DNA of 63,829 nucleotides, the filler included, from Collodictyon triciliatum (Eukaryota), in assembly GCA_043381765.1 (NCBI GenBank). It is 4 parts of 4 records of this genome, joined end to end, with 100 filler letters (N's around TTAATTAATTAA, not from the genome) between each part and the next. Parts side by side here need not be neighbours in the genome. Positions count along the whole stretch, not along the records: positions 1 to 16,458 come from JBHJMP010001549.1; positions 16,559 to 33,003 come from JBHJMP010001550.1; 2 more parts are not named here. One strand, 5' to 3'. Every line of letters begins with the position of its first letter. Within the stretch, counting starts at the first letter, position 1. Shown piece after piece: positions 14,901-27,221 of this stretch. The notes under the pieces were generated by a model that saw only the letters and a list, made by a program, of their open reading frames with translations, was not told the DNA's origin and searched no databases. A program made the position numbers and the translations under genes.

Positions 14901-15426
14901 AAAATCATAGACGTTTGATTGTTTTTGTCCCTATTTGATTAAGTTTAGTTAATGATATCATTAAAGTAAATTGAAGATAACCAAATCTTGAATTCAGTAG
15001 GTGTTATGAAGCTCTTGAAACGTTGTATGATTGCATCTTCTAATTGAAAGGACACTTCTCTTTGAGTAAATCCCTCTTCTGTTCATTTTTAGGGGCATAA
15101 TTTAGTAAACTTGTTGACATAACAAATGGTATTGAAGTAAACAATACCGAGTATTTTATCAGCATAGTTAATGTTGATCATGGTTCAGTTGTTTATTTGA
15201 TACATTTTAGAATTTCGTAATAGTAACCTTTTCCATAGGAGAGCCAATCACGGACCAAATCAAATGGATAGAATTTATCTATAGATGAACGTTCAGTCAT
15301 TCCTGAAAATCGGGTATTTGCAAAATCACGAATATTATGGCTAATTGAACAACTATTATATTATCATCCCATGATTTTGTAAATACCATAGTATAATGCC
15401 ATCATAGAACGGAGTTCATCGCTCAT
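11948..15426 (-). CDS. PRI1: DNA primase small (catalytic) subunit, multi-exon; may have additional 5' exons up to ~16146
   Basis: Minus-strand exons give FYPFDLVRDWLSYG, REVSFQL, KIDFGAVY, EKELVFDVDMDDY (catalytic DxD), VFSGRRGVHCWV, HLLKSPFCVHPVTG and VPIDP, all hallmark PRIM1/Pri1 motifs. Stop TAA at 11948-11950. The ATG at 15426 is preceded by an in-frame acceptor, so an upstream exon is possible. Confidence 0.93.
12495..12604. repeat. (TTTG)n microsatellite in a primase intron
   Basis: Perfect tandem array seen directly. Confidence 0.95.
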
Positions 15427-16372
15427 TTTGTTCTCGCCTTTCGAAGCCTGATGTATTTAGACTTTAATCAAACACAAATATTATAACATACTACATTTGT
15501 TTTACTTAACTCCTCACTTACATTTGAATAATGCCAATTGCAATATTAATACCAACATATTTAATTAAATATTGCATTCAAGCGAAATGAGATTTGATTT
15601 TTTCATCAGACACTTTTAATAAAAGAAATCACGATTTAAGGAAAAGCTCTGATAAGTTCCTCATTTTATTTATATATATGAAAATGCGACCTGTTTGCTC
15701 TCTATAATTGACTCAGGTCCTTTTGCAAAATTGTGTGTCGTGGTATTTGAGTTTAACAAAAATGAATGAAAATATTAAAGAATCTAGTGTAAAATTGACG
15801 CATGTAGAAATTGTGCATTCAAAATAAATAATCAGATACAAACGAGGCTCCGAGTCAGCTTGCTGTCCATGCGAATTTAAAAAAAGACCGCAAAGGTGTA
15901 TGTCGCATTTTAGTTAAACACACCAACAATATTAAGAAAAGTCAATAGGATAATTTCACCAAACTTGATATATATCATTTCATGATAAAATCACAACACA
16001 ATTCCGGTTAATATACCAAAACGAAAGCTTTGCCTTATCAATGCTACGCTAAGGATAAGAGTTGAGCGATGTGAATCGATGAAACATACCCTCCGCTTCT
16101 TTGTGTCCGACTCTTCAAAAAGAGAACTTGATTCCGGTTCACTCATCGTCTTTTTGCTAGCTGAGGTGGCCTTTAGGCTTTATGGCGTGTCAGCTATTTA
16201 GGATCGCTAAGTCTTTGGTGAAATTATTTACTTTTTAATACGAATACCACGCAAGTTCTTTGTTTTTTGTCTTGTGTATCTATTTTTGTGTTTTGTGTTG
16301 TGTTTTTTGTTTTTTTGTTTTTTGTTTTTTGCTGATTTTATGTTTTTATGTTTTTATGTTTTTTTGTTTTTT

Positions 16373-16458
<86 letters not shown>

Positions 16459-16558
16459 NNNNNNNNNNNNNNNNNNNNNNNNNNNNNNNNNNNNNNNNNN
16501 NNTTAATTAATTAANNNNNNNNNNNNNNNNNNNNNNNNNNNNNNNNNNNNNNNNNNNN
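16459..16558. other. Artificial contig spacer N-TTAATTAATTAA-N
   Basis: 100-nt spacer with a six-frame stop linker at 16503-16514, flanked by poly-T and TTTTTTG-type repeats. Confidence 0.97.
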
Positions 16559-16648
16559 TTTTGTTTTTTTGTTTTTTTGTTTTTTTGTTTTTTTGTTTTT
16601 TTGTTTTTTTGTTTTTTTGTTTTTTTGTTTTTTTAGCACCGTGGGATA

Positions 16649-19102
16649 TCAGATTATATGGTAAATATTTACAGGATACATAAAGTCGCATAGAGCTGCT
16701 TTGCAGACTATGGTAAAATTATAATGCACAAATCCTGGAATTGAACCCACGAAAGAAAATGGAGGAGTATACCTTTTGCGAAAATGTCTTCAATGATTTG
16801 CATTTCTTCAGAGTCGGACCATATGTTGATGGAAATGCTGACATCTTCTGTGATGACACGGTGATACCAAAAGGGCGGGACATATATAACATCCCCTGGC
16901 TTCAGCACAACCTGTGTTGAGGCGAAGGAAAAGACAAAGCTGTGTGTCAGAATTTCTTCACTAAAGAAAAATTATGAGGCTGCGATATCACATACATGTT
17001 GGTGAAATAAATAAATCATTTTAGAACCGCATCATCATGATTTATAGAAAATATATTCATAGTATATTGTCATCAAAATTACACGCCATGGACGAATGTG
17101 CTCACCTTAAGCACGTCAATCTCGTCCTGAATATTTTGATAATCATCGATGAAATTGGCAGGGTTGAGTTGAGACTGTCGATGACTTGGATGAAGTCTTG
17201 GATAAAGACTCAAATGAGTCCATGCAGTTGGCGGAAATAGGTAGAACGTCTTTGTTCCGTGAATTTGGGCGTAGATATTATGATATGTGTCATAATGTGT
17301 ATGCGCGATGACTCCTGTACCACGTAATATATATAAATCGTATTGCGGAGTGCAACCTAGGAAAGAGCAAAAAAAAAATAGCATCACATAATTTGGATAT
17401 ATATATTTCTTGCCTGGGGATGACAGGAATACATTCAATGACTTAGATTCCTTTGAAAAGACAAATGGGGTGGTGGGCTCGATATCTTTAACTATGTTTT
17501 CGCCTAGGTGACCGAGCTGGCTGTTTGAAAAAAAAAATATCAGCAGCTGGTTTTGATGTCTGAATTGCCATATTCAAGCGGTTGCCTACATCCTAAAACA
17601 AAATAGGACTTTTGAGAGTAAAATGACATTTCTAAATTTAAAAGCTGTACACCGCTGGCGAGATGAGCGTTTCCAAAAAAAAAAAATTCATTCTGCTCTA
17701 GCTCAGTATTCCAATAGACAAGTTTGTATGTAGTATCTGGCATTTTCTTATCACCTGCTCCAATAATAATAGCGATGATATTTTTCTTTTTCTACCATCT
17801 CGAAAAAATCGTTCAACTTTGGATTCAATAATGTACGAACCGGAGGGACCCAACTGCATAGTGATTAATTGAAATGTTTCTATAACAATATGAGTATAAA
17901 ATGTGCATGGTTCATGCATGTCTCAATTAGTCTATTACATTTGTAGTGAAAGGATTCGCTATGTGGGTTGTATCATTAAATGACTTTGTTTCTTTTAAAA
18001 AAAGTATTCAAGAATAATTTAAATTACTTTAGAACTTTCGAATGTTCTGCAAATGGTTTTGTATTATCGTAGTATAGAAAATAAGGACTTTCAGAAGCCT
18101 GTGTCATATTTAAAATAACGTCTTTCCGAGCGTTTTGCATAAGATATTCTGGGCTCCATCCAAACCTACACATATATTTATCAACCGCTACACTCACCTA
18201 CAGTCAACATTTCAGCCTCAAATCGCCGTAAAAAAATGATATATTGAAATACATCTGCAACGCTTATGAAAAAGCAGTGGTGTGTTTACAATGATTTGAT
18301 TACAATTATACTCTATTAGATAACAAACCCTGGCTCAGCTCCCCTGGTCCAGACCATCCAATCAACAGATGGTGAGTGAATGACCCGCACAGGTATCCTC
18401 TGTTTGAATATCTGTTCTGGTTCAATTTTGTGTATTATTCGAAAAAAATATAATGTGAGGACCATAGAGTATAGAAGGCATCAAAGTATACTGTTGCCAA
18501 GAACTGTTTTAAGGGAGTATATTTTTTAATTACGTCACCAAAAAGATTTGATATTGTATCGTAGGAATCGTGTGATGTATATATTGATTGCAATACAGAT
18601 ATAGATTATCCAATAGGTATTCGAATCATTATAATATTATGTATTCTTGTTCACCTTCAATATCCCGCCGTTTGACCAATACACGTTTGCTATGTTGAAT
18701 TTATTGTACCAGTAAAAGACCAGAGTGATGAGCGAAACCATAGTTAATCCAAAGATCATGACTAAGAAGCGCTGCGATCTGGCACGTATCACACATTTAT
18801 ACAAAATATTATATATATATTATTCTCCTCATTCAAATGAATATGTTAAAAAAGGAAAGAAGGAAGGGAATAAAACGTAGGAAAGATAGAGTGAAGCAAG
18901 AAGAAAACTCAGCGGCTCACTCCGTTTTTTGTCTCTGCGAATGTTTCCCGCTTGGATCGTAATCATCTTCTCCAACTTCTTCCACAAGCCTCCCTCGTTT
19001 CCCTTGAGGCGCTCGTCTTTGAAGCGGAATAAAGTCCATCTGTGTAGCAGGGTTGTTTGTTTGTTCTGCTCTTTCTTCTACTCTTTGTTTCTCTCCAGCC
19101 AT
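16649..19102 (-). CDS. JmjC (cupin) Fe(II)/2-oxoglutarate oxygenase with an N-terminal transmembrane anchor; 3' end may run off the contig; alternative start at 19195
   Basis: AHTHYDTYHNIYAQIHGTKTFYLFPP (HxD plus 2OG-binding Lys) and VLKPGDVIYVPPFWYHRV (distal His). The upstream exon at 18920-19102 splices in frame to the hydrophobic stretch FLVMIFGLTMVSLITLVFYW (~18707-18768). Confidence 0.85.
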
Positions 19103-19728
19103 CAAATCCCGGCAAAGCTGATCACACAAACACTGGTTATTCAAAGCCGCAACCCACAGAAAAATTAAGAGTCCTCCACACTTTGCTTCATCCATTTATA
19201 TATGATATACGATTATAATATATTACAGAAATATCATGTATTTGGATATACAAATCTATACCATGTTAATTTTATACTTTTACCTTATATATTCCAGATT
19301 TGACAGTTAGACCAAGCCCCAGGTTTCAGCGCGCATTTTATGTAAAGGGCTTTTTTCATCGTTGCCGTTTCCCGCGAAATTCCTGGAAGATTCACACGAG
19401 TCAGGCAAACAAGTTTGATCACAAGAACGATCAGAAGAAGAAATTAAAGAGAACAGGAAAACAAGAAACCACAAGAGTTGTGATCACAGTTAGGCTTTCA
19501 GGTTCAGATACGAGCAATAGAAGTGTTCCGTTATAACCTCTTTGTCGATATTCCCTGCGGTTTACGCCCGTCTGACTCTGGCAGGTTGGATTGGGGCAAT
19601 GATGACTCGAAGCGAGTGAAGGGGCTTGTGCATGGATTCATATGTTTCTTTGCAATTTGTTGTATGTTTTGCTATTGATATTGACAAACTTTGTTCTGGA
19701 AGGAGGCAAAGAATCTCACGCGCTGGAG

Positions 19729-19964
19729 ATGGACAAGAAAGGGTTTTCCGTGCGTCAGGGTGCGTCTGTAAATGTGCCCGGATATCATGGACTGGAGCTT
19801 TTGGATCAGCTCAGGAGCGAGTACGAGTCTTTGTCCCAAGAAGCCCTTACATACAAAAACCAAAAGGACGACTTTGAGAGAAAGCGTGAGTCTCTTTCTT
19901 GGGTAACTGTTCGCGCATACGTTTGATTGCCTTCTTTTCATATTGATATCAGCTGAGGAATCAT

Positions 19965-20019
<55 letters not shown>

Positions 20020-23000
20020 TTTTCAATACTAGTTCAATCACAACTGAACGAGCTTGGGACAATTCAACAAACACTTATGGAGATGGAAAGAAATCATCTG
20101 AGGATGAAACAACAGTAATTCACTCTGCCATTTCGACATGATTGTGCATATTACTTGTCCTCTATTTCTATCTAATATAGTTTGATCTTTTATTATTATT
20201 ATTTGGAACGTGTAAAGACAAGTCTTTAAGACAGCACAAAATTAAGAATGAAATATCTGAAATCAATATTCAAACCAAACTAATACAAGTTCCCTTTTTT
20301 TTTTTTCATTTTTGTTCTCGTCATGCAAAGGTACGAAGAAGAGATTGTTAGATATCGTCGTGGGCCTGAAAAAATCGAAAATAGTCGTGACGTCCCTTCA
20401 TTTATGGGTATAATGATAATAAAAAAAAATAAAGTACACCATTATATGCATATATATTTACAAACGTGTAAAGATATGGCATCTTCTGTATCGATGTATT
20501 ATATAAAGTGGCTTGCACACAAAACAGATAAAGCCATGCCTTTTGCAAATTCGCTTTCCCGACCTCAAAGTAAGTATTCAGTTATACACTATCTTCCTGT
20601 GATTTGAATTAAGCACATACAAACGCGCACGCACACTCAAATAGTCTTTTGTCTTGACTTGAAATATCATTCAATCAAAGTCTTCACATAAATATCAGAC
20701 ATCATACTCTTACATTCCTTTTAAAGAACGTCCGCGATATATACCTGATTGTTTTGAAGATTTATTGGAATAATCCTCTATATATTATTTTGTAAATTAA
20801 TGTTCATACTCATGTATTATGTTTCGTTAATAAAAAAAATGTATGCATCATTAGATACTCCACTCCCCACTAATATCATGAACAGCGCACCTCCATTTAA
20901 CACTTCACTTCCTCCAACCAATGCCGCCTCACATGACAAGCGCCATCTACTTCCTGCTCCGATCCAGGCCACTGTACAGAGCCAAATACAAGCGGCTATG
21001 CCAGGGCAGGGAATCATGCAGGCCCAGAGCCAAACACAGGGTATTTTCTCGTCGCAGTCATCTATCAACCCAAACACCGCCAAGAGACCACGTCCAGAAG
21101 AGAACATGTATTCAATGGGGTCAGTCCAGGGTAAACTCAGATCTCTTTCTCATCCTTCAATATGAATATAAATTTTATGCCCATTGTTTATTTTTCTTTC
21201 TTTTTTTTCGTATTCTCGTGTACAGGCCTTGGAAATCGAATTGGGCACATTCCAGAGGTTATTCGAATATATATAAAGATGAATTTGTTCCTGTGTAAAT
21301 TCCATTTGAGATGATACCTTTATTTTTTTTTATTTTCTCGATGCTTTTGTGATGATCTTTCTTTTACCTTTTTTTTCTGTTTATGTTGAAGGCCATGGAA
21401 AAATATGAGCTCATTGTAATTGTATATAGCACCGCGATACCAAGAGTCCAGATGTACACAATCAAATGAATTCTCGCTCAAATATCCTTCAACTAACCTC
21501 CTTCGTCCATTCAAGATTCATAACCGTCCAATAGCAGTCTCTTTTCTTTTCTTTTTTTTAACCTTTTACTTAGTTATATTTCTTCGTTTGTATATTGAAT
21601 CGAAACATCCTTCACTCGCTTGAACATCGTATTTCGCATATGGGGGATAACACACCTAAAGATTTTCGCTCAAGAACACCTGTTGAAGAATCAGACTCAA
21701 AGATAGAACCAAGTCGATATCCCCAGTAATTCTTCAAATCGTCATTTTACAATAGTGTACGCTTTGGTTTAAATAATAATAAATAAATAAGAAATCATGT
21801 GATAATCAAAATTTGCTAATACTCTGTAGCATGCGTGATGAGGGCAAATCATACGGAGAACGAAAAAACAAGGATTCGAACGACTGGCAAGTATTGTAAG
21901 TATATCCTATCACTCAACATACCAACTTTGTGCTGGGGATAGAATATCTTCATTAATGCACATGATTTATTGGAAAGGAAAAACTCATCAATCCCAAACA
22001 ACAACGTCTCTGTGGAGCTCACACACACTCTGGACCACTCAAGTGTTGTCTGTTGCGTCAAATTCAGCTGCGATGGTAGATATTTGGCCACGGGGTGCAA
22101 TAAAAGCGCACAGATATATGATGTGGAGACGGGGGAAAAGACAAGGTTCCATCTCTTCCCCAATTATTTTTTTTAGAGAAATATAAAACATTATGTATGC
22201 AATCCATTAACTTTTTGTATGGTACGATGCTCATAAATGTGTTATGTATCATTTCCCGATTTCTCTGTCGCTCAATTATATAGTCTGGTTGAATATGTAT
22301 CAATATATATATGAATTCTGTATGACACTTGATACATATTCAGTTTGTTTTCTGATGAGCTACTTGAAGTCGATGGCACACGCAAGGACGGAGACTTGTA
22401 TATTCGCTCTGTTTGCTTCAGCCCCGACGGGAAATATCTCGCCGCTGGTGCAGAGGACCAGACCGTCAAGGTATCTCGCTAAAAGTATTGAAGTGCAGTT
22501 CATTCATCTAAAAATCGGGCTTGATATAATATTAATTATTATTTAGCCTTAATGAATTGACTCTATTAATTTTTTAATTTAGACCTAAGGCTGTCGTGAA
22601 TATAAAGAAAAATCATTACTTTCATTGAATAAAGGAATGGAGACTGTCAATAATTATGATAATACCCCATGAAAGATTAATCTTGGTAATAACCAGGTAT
22701 GGGACATTTTGCATCGTCGGACTCGTCAAGTATTCTGTGGCCATGAGTTGGATATATATTCTCTTGATTTTTCACAAGATGGTCGCATTATTGTGTCTGG
22801 GAGCGGAGACCGGAAAACAAAAGTGTGGAATTTAGAGAAAGGCGAGGTTTGTCTTTATGATTCCCCAACGGGTTCAGATACGTGCGGGTGTTATCTGGCT
22901 GTCATGAATAATCATGTCCATTGTTTACAACCGCTTGCCTTGGAATCTATCGTTAATGCTGCATCTATGTCGATTAACATTTACTCTATCATTGTCGACT

Positions 23001-24242
23001 GTCCTGTAGCTTGTTCACACACTGCACAATGAAGAAGTTGGCCCGAAGGATGGTGTCACTTCGGTTGCAATCAGTCCAGATGGGCGCTATGTTGCCTGCG
23101 TACGTCTCGCTTTTCTCCATAAGCCATCTCCTGCCTTGGGAGAATCTGTAGATAAGGGTAGTAACCTTTTCTTTTCTGTTACTACAAATCTACAGGGCTC
23201 CCTTGATCGGATTGTACGCATTTGGGACATTCAAACAGGCGCATGCAAAGAGCGATTCGAAGGACATGATGACTCGGTCTATTCTGTATCGTTTTCTCCA
23301 GATGGTGTGTTTTCGTATCAACCACTATGATTGTCTCCTCAAGATATAGCTTCTTTTTTCTTTCTTTTTTCTTTCTTTTTTTCTTTCTTTTTTTCTTTCT
23401 TTTTTTCTTTCTTTTTTTCTTTCTTTTTTTCTTTCTTTTTTTCTTTCTTTTTCTTTTCTTCTTCTTTTCTTCTTCTTTTCTTCTTCTTTTCTTCTTCTTT
23501 TCTTCTTCTTTTCTTCTTCTTTTCTTCTTCTTTTCTTCTTTTCTTCTTCTTTTCTTCTTCTTTTCTTCTTCTTTTCTTCTTCTTTTCTTCTTCTTTTTTT
23601 CTTCTATTTTTCTTCTATTTTCTTTTAACACGACAATCTGAGCCACACTCACCCTTCGTCTACAGGAACGAAACTAGCGTCTGGGTCTCTCGACACCACA
23701 GTAAAAATATGGGATTTGGTCGGCTCGCGTTCGCAAAGGAATCGTCCACCCATGACTCTCGGTGTGTCCACCTTTGATTCGTCCGGCCGTGTCTCTAATG
23801 GACACAAAGTGAGTCGCCCAACAAGCCGATAAGAAGGGAACAAGAAGACAACATTCGATCCTTTCCGTGCCACACCTTTTTTTATTCATTATTTTTTATT
23901 CATTATTTATTTATTTATTTATTTGATATTATTTTACTTCTCCATCTGCTTCTCCTTTTGACTCTAAATGTCCGTTTGAGCCGAGAAACTCGACAAACGC
24001 TCGTTTCCTTGTTGCAGGACTTTGTGCTCTCTGTGGCTTTCTCGCCGGACGGCAACTGGCTTGTTTCCGGGTCGAAAGACCGCACCGTGCGATTCTGGGA
24101 TCTGCGCTCCGTCAACTGGTTGGCCCAGCTTCAAGGCCACAAAAACTCTGTGATCAGTGTTGCGGTGAATCCCACTCGCGGCCTTCTTTCCACAGGCAGC
24201 GGTGACTTCAGGGCGAGGCTCTGGAAATACAGCATCGTCTGA
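19729..24242 (+). CDS. TUP1: Tup1/TupA-type WD40 transcriptional corepressor, multi-exon
   Basis: Tup N-terminal coiled coil ([17 protein letters not shown]...[30 protein letters not shown]) and Tup1-diagnostic WD40 segments: [103 protein letters not shown]. Confidence 0.95.
23350..23625. repeat. T/C low-complexity tandem repeats in a TUP1 intron
   Basis: TTTTTTTC and TTC/TTTTC arrays seen directly. Confidence 0.9.
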
Positions 24243-24318
24243 TGCGGGTGTCGGGATCCTCCTCAACAACGCAACAACACTTATCATGATTTCATTCCTT
24301 TTTTTTTTCTTTTTTATT

Positions 24319-24365
<47 letters not shown>

Positions 24366-24384
24366 TCCTCTTGTTCTTGACATA

Positions 24385-25040
24385 TAAAGCCATGAATGAA
24401 TCCGGAATCAATGATCCACTCCTGCAACTTTGTCGTGAAGCGACTACATTCCTTTCCGGCTCCCCTTGGCTGTGCTTACCTGGCACTACCGCCATTCTGT
24501 CCATTCTTTTCTTCTCTTCTGTTAACCTTTTTCCTTTTCTTTTTCTTTTTCATGGGTCAATCATTCCGAGAGATTTCCTGAGTAATCAACCACGCGATTT
24601 ATTGCTGTCGCTCAGGGAGCGCGTTTGCTATGTGCACTAGTGGGCTCTCACTTCAGATACCTGACTCCGGAAGGTTGGTTGTGAACCCAGCCTTGCCTTC
24701 AGTCCTTCTTTTTGTTGTTGTTTTGCTCTTTTCTTTTTTTTTACCTTTTTTTCTTCTCTCACCCTCGAGGCTCACTTGAACAAACTTCGCGGTACATATA
24801 GGCTTTCTCCAACCCCTGGTTATTCAGTACGGCTCATTTCCTGCCACGCAGGGGCTGCGAGAGTCGGCCTTTGGGTGGGTTCGGAATGATATTCGGCCAG
24901 CAAAGAGTGTTCTGCAAGGTTGATTTGTTTGCTGTTGCCTGTCCGTTGGTTTTTCGCCGACAAAGGGAACCGTTTGGCTAAGCCCAGACTATGGACAGAA
25001 AACCAGAAGACGTACGTAGCGGTGAGCGAGTGAGCCACAT
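24385..25040 (-). CDS. Possible small multi-exon gene, divergent from RPL18; product unknown
   Basis: Minus-strand donor sites (GTAAGC ~24479, GTATCT ~24661, GTACGT ~25015) and an ATG at ~25040 giving MWLTRSPL, then KRFPLSAKNQRT. The full structure was not resolved. Confidence 0.3.
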
Positions 25041-25352
25041 ATTCTATATTTGAACTATAATATAGTTATTTTGAGTAATTTCTACATAGTTATTGATATA
25101 TGATTGGTTTTGTAAAAATTAATATGGATTTATTAGTAAATTCCGCTTTTGATTTACCATAAGTGGACATTCTGTGAGCTCGATACTCGATACTGGGAAA
25201 ATATTCTAGGCTGTGAAATTTGCAGTTAATTATTCTGAGACTGATTTGCGCGTCACCTAAAACACAAATTCTCTTTTCGTAACCCCCCTGACAAATCCTA
25301 AGCTCTTTGGAGTTTTAGTTTCGTTCAATCGAAAGCCAAGGCATCAGACACA

Positions 25353-26834
25353 ATGGTAAGTGAAGCCCTCATGCCTCCAGACCCGAATCGCCACTCGCTC
25401 TGTCCCTATTAGTCGGTTGTGCAGGTGCTCAGGGATTTTCTAAGAGAGAGCAAATGGTGATGCGCCAGGACTATGTCAATATCCCAGCACTAGAGTTTCA
25501 TCACAACAGATCAGAGTACATCCAGTTACACTACCACGTGTACCCTCTACTTCAGCTTGTTGGACGGGGTAACCCGATCGAATTCAAGGTAGCACTGGTG
25601 GGAGGACTGAATCGATCAATAAATCCCAGAGTCTTACGTAAAGCAGGGTTTCCAATGAAATTTGCCAACCGGTTTGGCGCCGACACCGACACCTCCGGAA
25701 AAATTACCACACGCACTGTACCATGATGAAAATATACAGGCTGATCGAGAAATACTTCAATTTTTCCGCAAAAACAGAATTCACAACAATGCCACCCAAC
25801 GCATGACTGCACAATCGACCAAAAATTCCATCAAAAGATCCTTACTTTTTTTTTCTAATCATCATATGCGATCATCGAAAGCATTCTTACCTATTCTCGC
25901 ATAGGGTATCGATCTCAAAGCCGGAGGACGCAACACCACCAACCACCGCACTGAGCTTAAGAGCAAGAATCCCTATCTTGCTCTCCTGGTCAAGGTTTGT
26001 GTAACACTTATCCACGAGCCAAAACTTCTACTTCGGTCGCTGTAAATGATCGTCGATCACTCCCATTTTCTCCTTGCAAGTCGCCTCACCCCACATACCT
26101 TTGTTCTGGTTTTTATAATTCTATGGACGAAGAGTGTGTCATTTCAGCGGACTATTAACAACCTGAAACATCCTCAGCTCTACAGCTTCCTGTCCCGCCG
26201 CACAAACTCCCGCTTCAACAAGGTTATCCTCAAGCGTCTCTACACCACCCGCATCAATCGCCCCCCAGTCAGCTTGTCCCGCATTGCGCGCTATGGTAGC
26301 AAGGCCGGAGACTCCAAGATCATTGTAGCTGTCGCCAGCATCACCAATGACATCCGTCTGTTGGAAGTCCCCAAGGTTCAAGTGGCTGCCCTCCACTTCA
26401 CCGAGACTGCCCGCGCCCGCATTGAGAAGGCCGGAGGTGCCTGCCTCACCCTTGACCAGCTTGCCCTGAAGCGCCCTACTGGCTCCAACACCATCCTTGT
26501 CCGCGGTCCTAAGAACGCCCGTGAGGCCGTCAAGCACTTTGGTGCTCCTGGTGTCCCCGGAAGCCACGCCAAGTATGTTGTGGTTCTCTATACCCTATCT
26601 TGAAACCATATTACCTAGTCGTTAATGAAGGGGATTCATACTATCATTTAATGTCCGACAGCCCACACTTTTGTTCATCACCTTCTTTTTGTTGACTTGG
26701 TGAATTCGATTTGATACACACTTACAAATGCCTCTACTCTACTGTAAACCCATGACAGGCCCTACGTCCGCGCCAAGGGCCGCAAGTTCGAGAAGGCCCG
26801 CGGTCGCCGCAGCTCTCGTGGTTACCGTGTGTAA
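25353..26834 (+). CDS. RPL18: 60S ribosomal protein L18 (eL18), 4 exons
   Basis: ATG|intron 25356-25903|GIDLKAGGR...[33 protein letters not shown]...[10 protein letters not shown]...LDQLAL...[44 protein letters not shown]-stop at 26832-26834. Confidence 0.98.
25395..25511 (+). ncRNA. Candidate box H/ACA snoRNA in RPL18 intron 1
   Basis: Hairpin (TCCCT..AGGGA), H box AGAGCA (ANANNA) at 25447-25452, second hairpin closed by GTGATG (25457-25462)/CATCAC (25499-25504), then ACA at 25506-25508. No target identified. Confidence 0.35.
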
Positions 26835-27221
26835 ATGCACCCATAAACACACAACAAAGAACGAAGGTTGTGCCAGGCTGGAGTCGCGTCACCTTTATTA
26901 TTGAACCCCTATTCTTTTTCGTGTATATATTGTTGTGCTGTGGATAACAACGTTCAGGAGCGGATGAAATATCAGACTCCCTCGCGGGTTCCCCTCTGCT
27001 TATTTAATTTAATTTTTTTTTTATTTTTTTTATTCTTTCTTGCGCTTCACCTCTGGCAGGGAATCATCTATGATTTTTTTTGGATGGACAACAGTGATAG
27101 TGATAAATTAGTGACGTCAAGTATTTTTCTCCTTCCTCTATGCCTCCCTCAACTCTGTATCCAAATGTGACAGCGTCGTCTAATAGTGATGGTAGTGATG
27201 ATAGTGGGGTGATGACAGCAA

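Noticed and set aside
16503-16514. Palindromic TTAATTAATTAA repeated three times at regular spacing
   Set aside because: Artificial six-frame stop linker embedded in N runs.
23182-23777. Poly-K/F/S ORFs here and similar ones at 12343-12917, 16260-16691, 36101-36371 and 49316-49769
   Set aside because: Translations of intronic or contig-end microsatellites.
24475-24484. CTTACCTGGC resembling the U1 snRNA 5' end
   Set aside because: No U1 stem-loops or Sm site follow. It is better explained as a minus-strand splice donor.
25723-25744. ATGATGA...CTGA as a C/D box snoRNA
   Set aside because: The boxes are too close together, and no terminal stem or distal D box was found.
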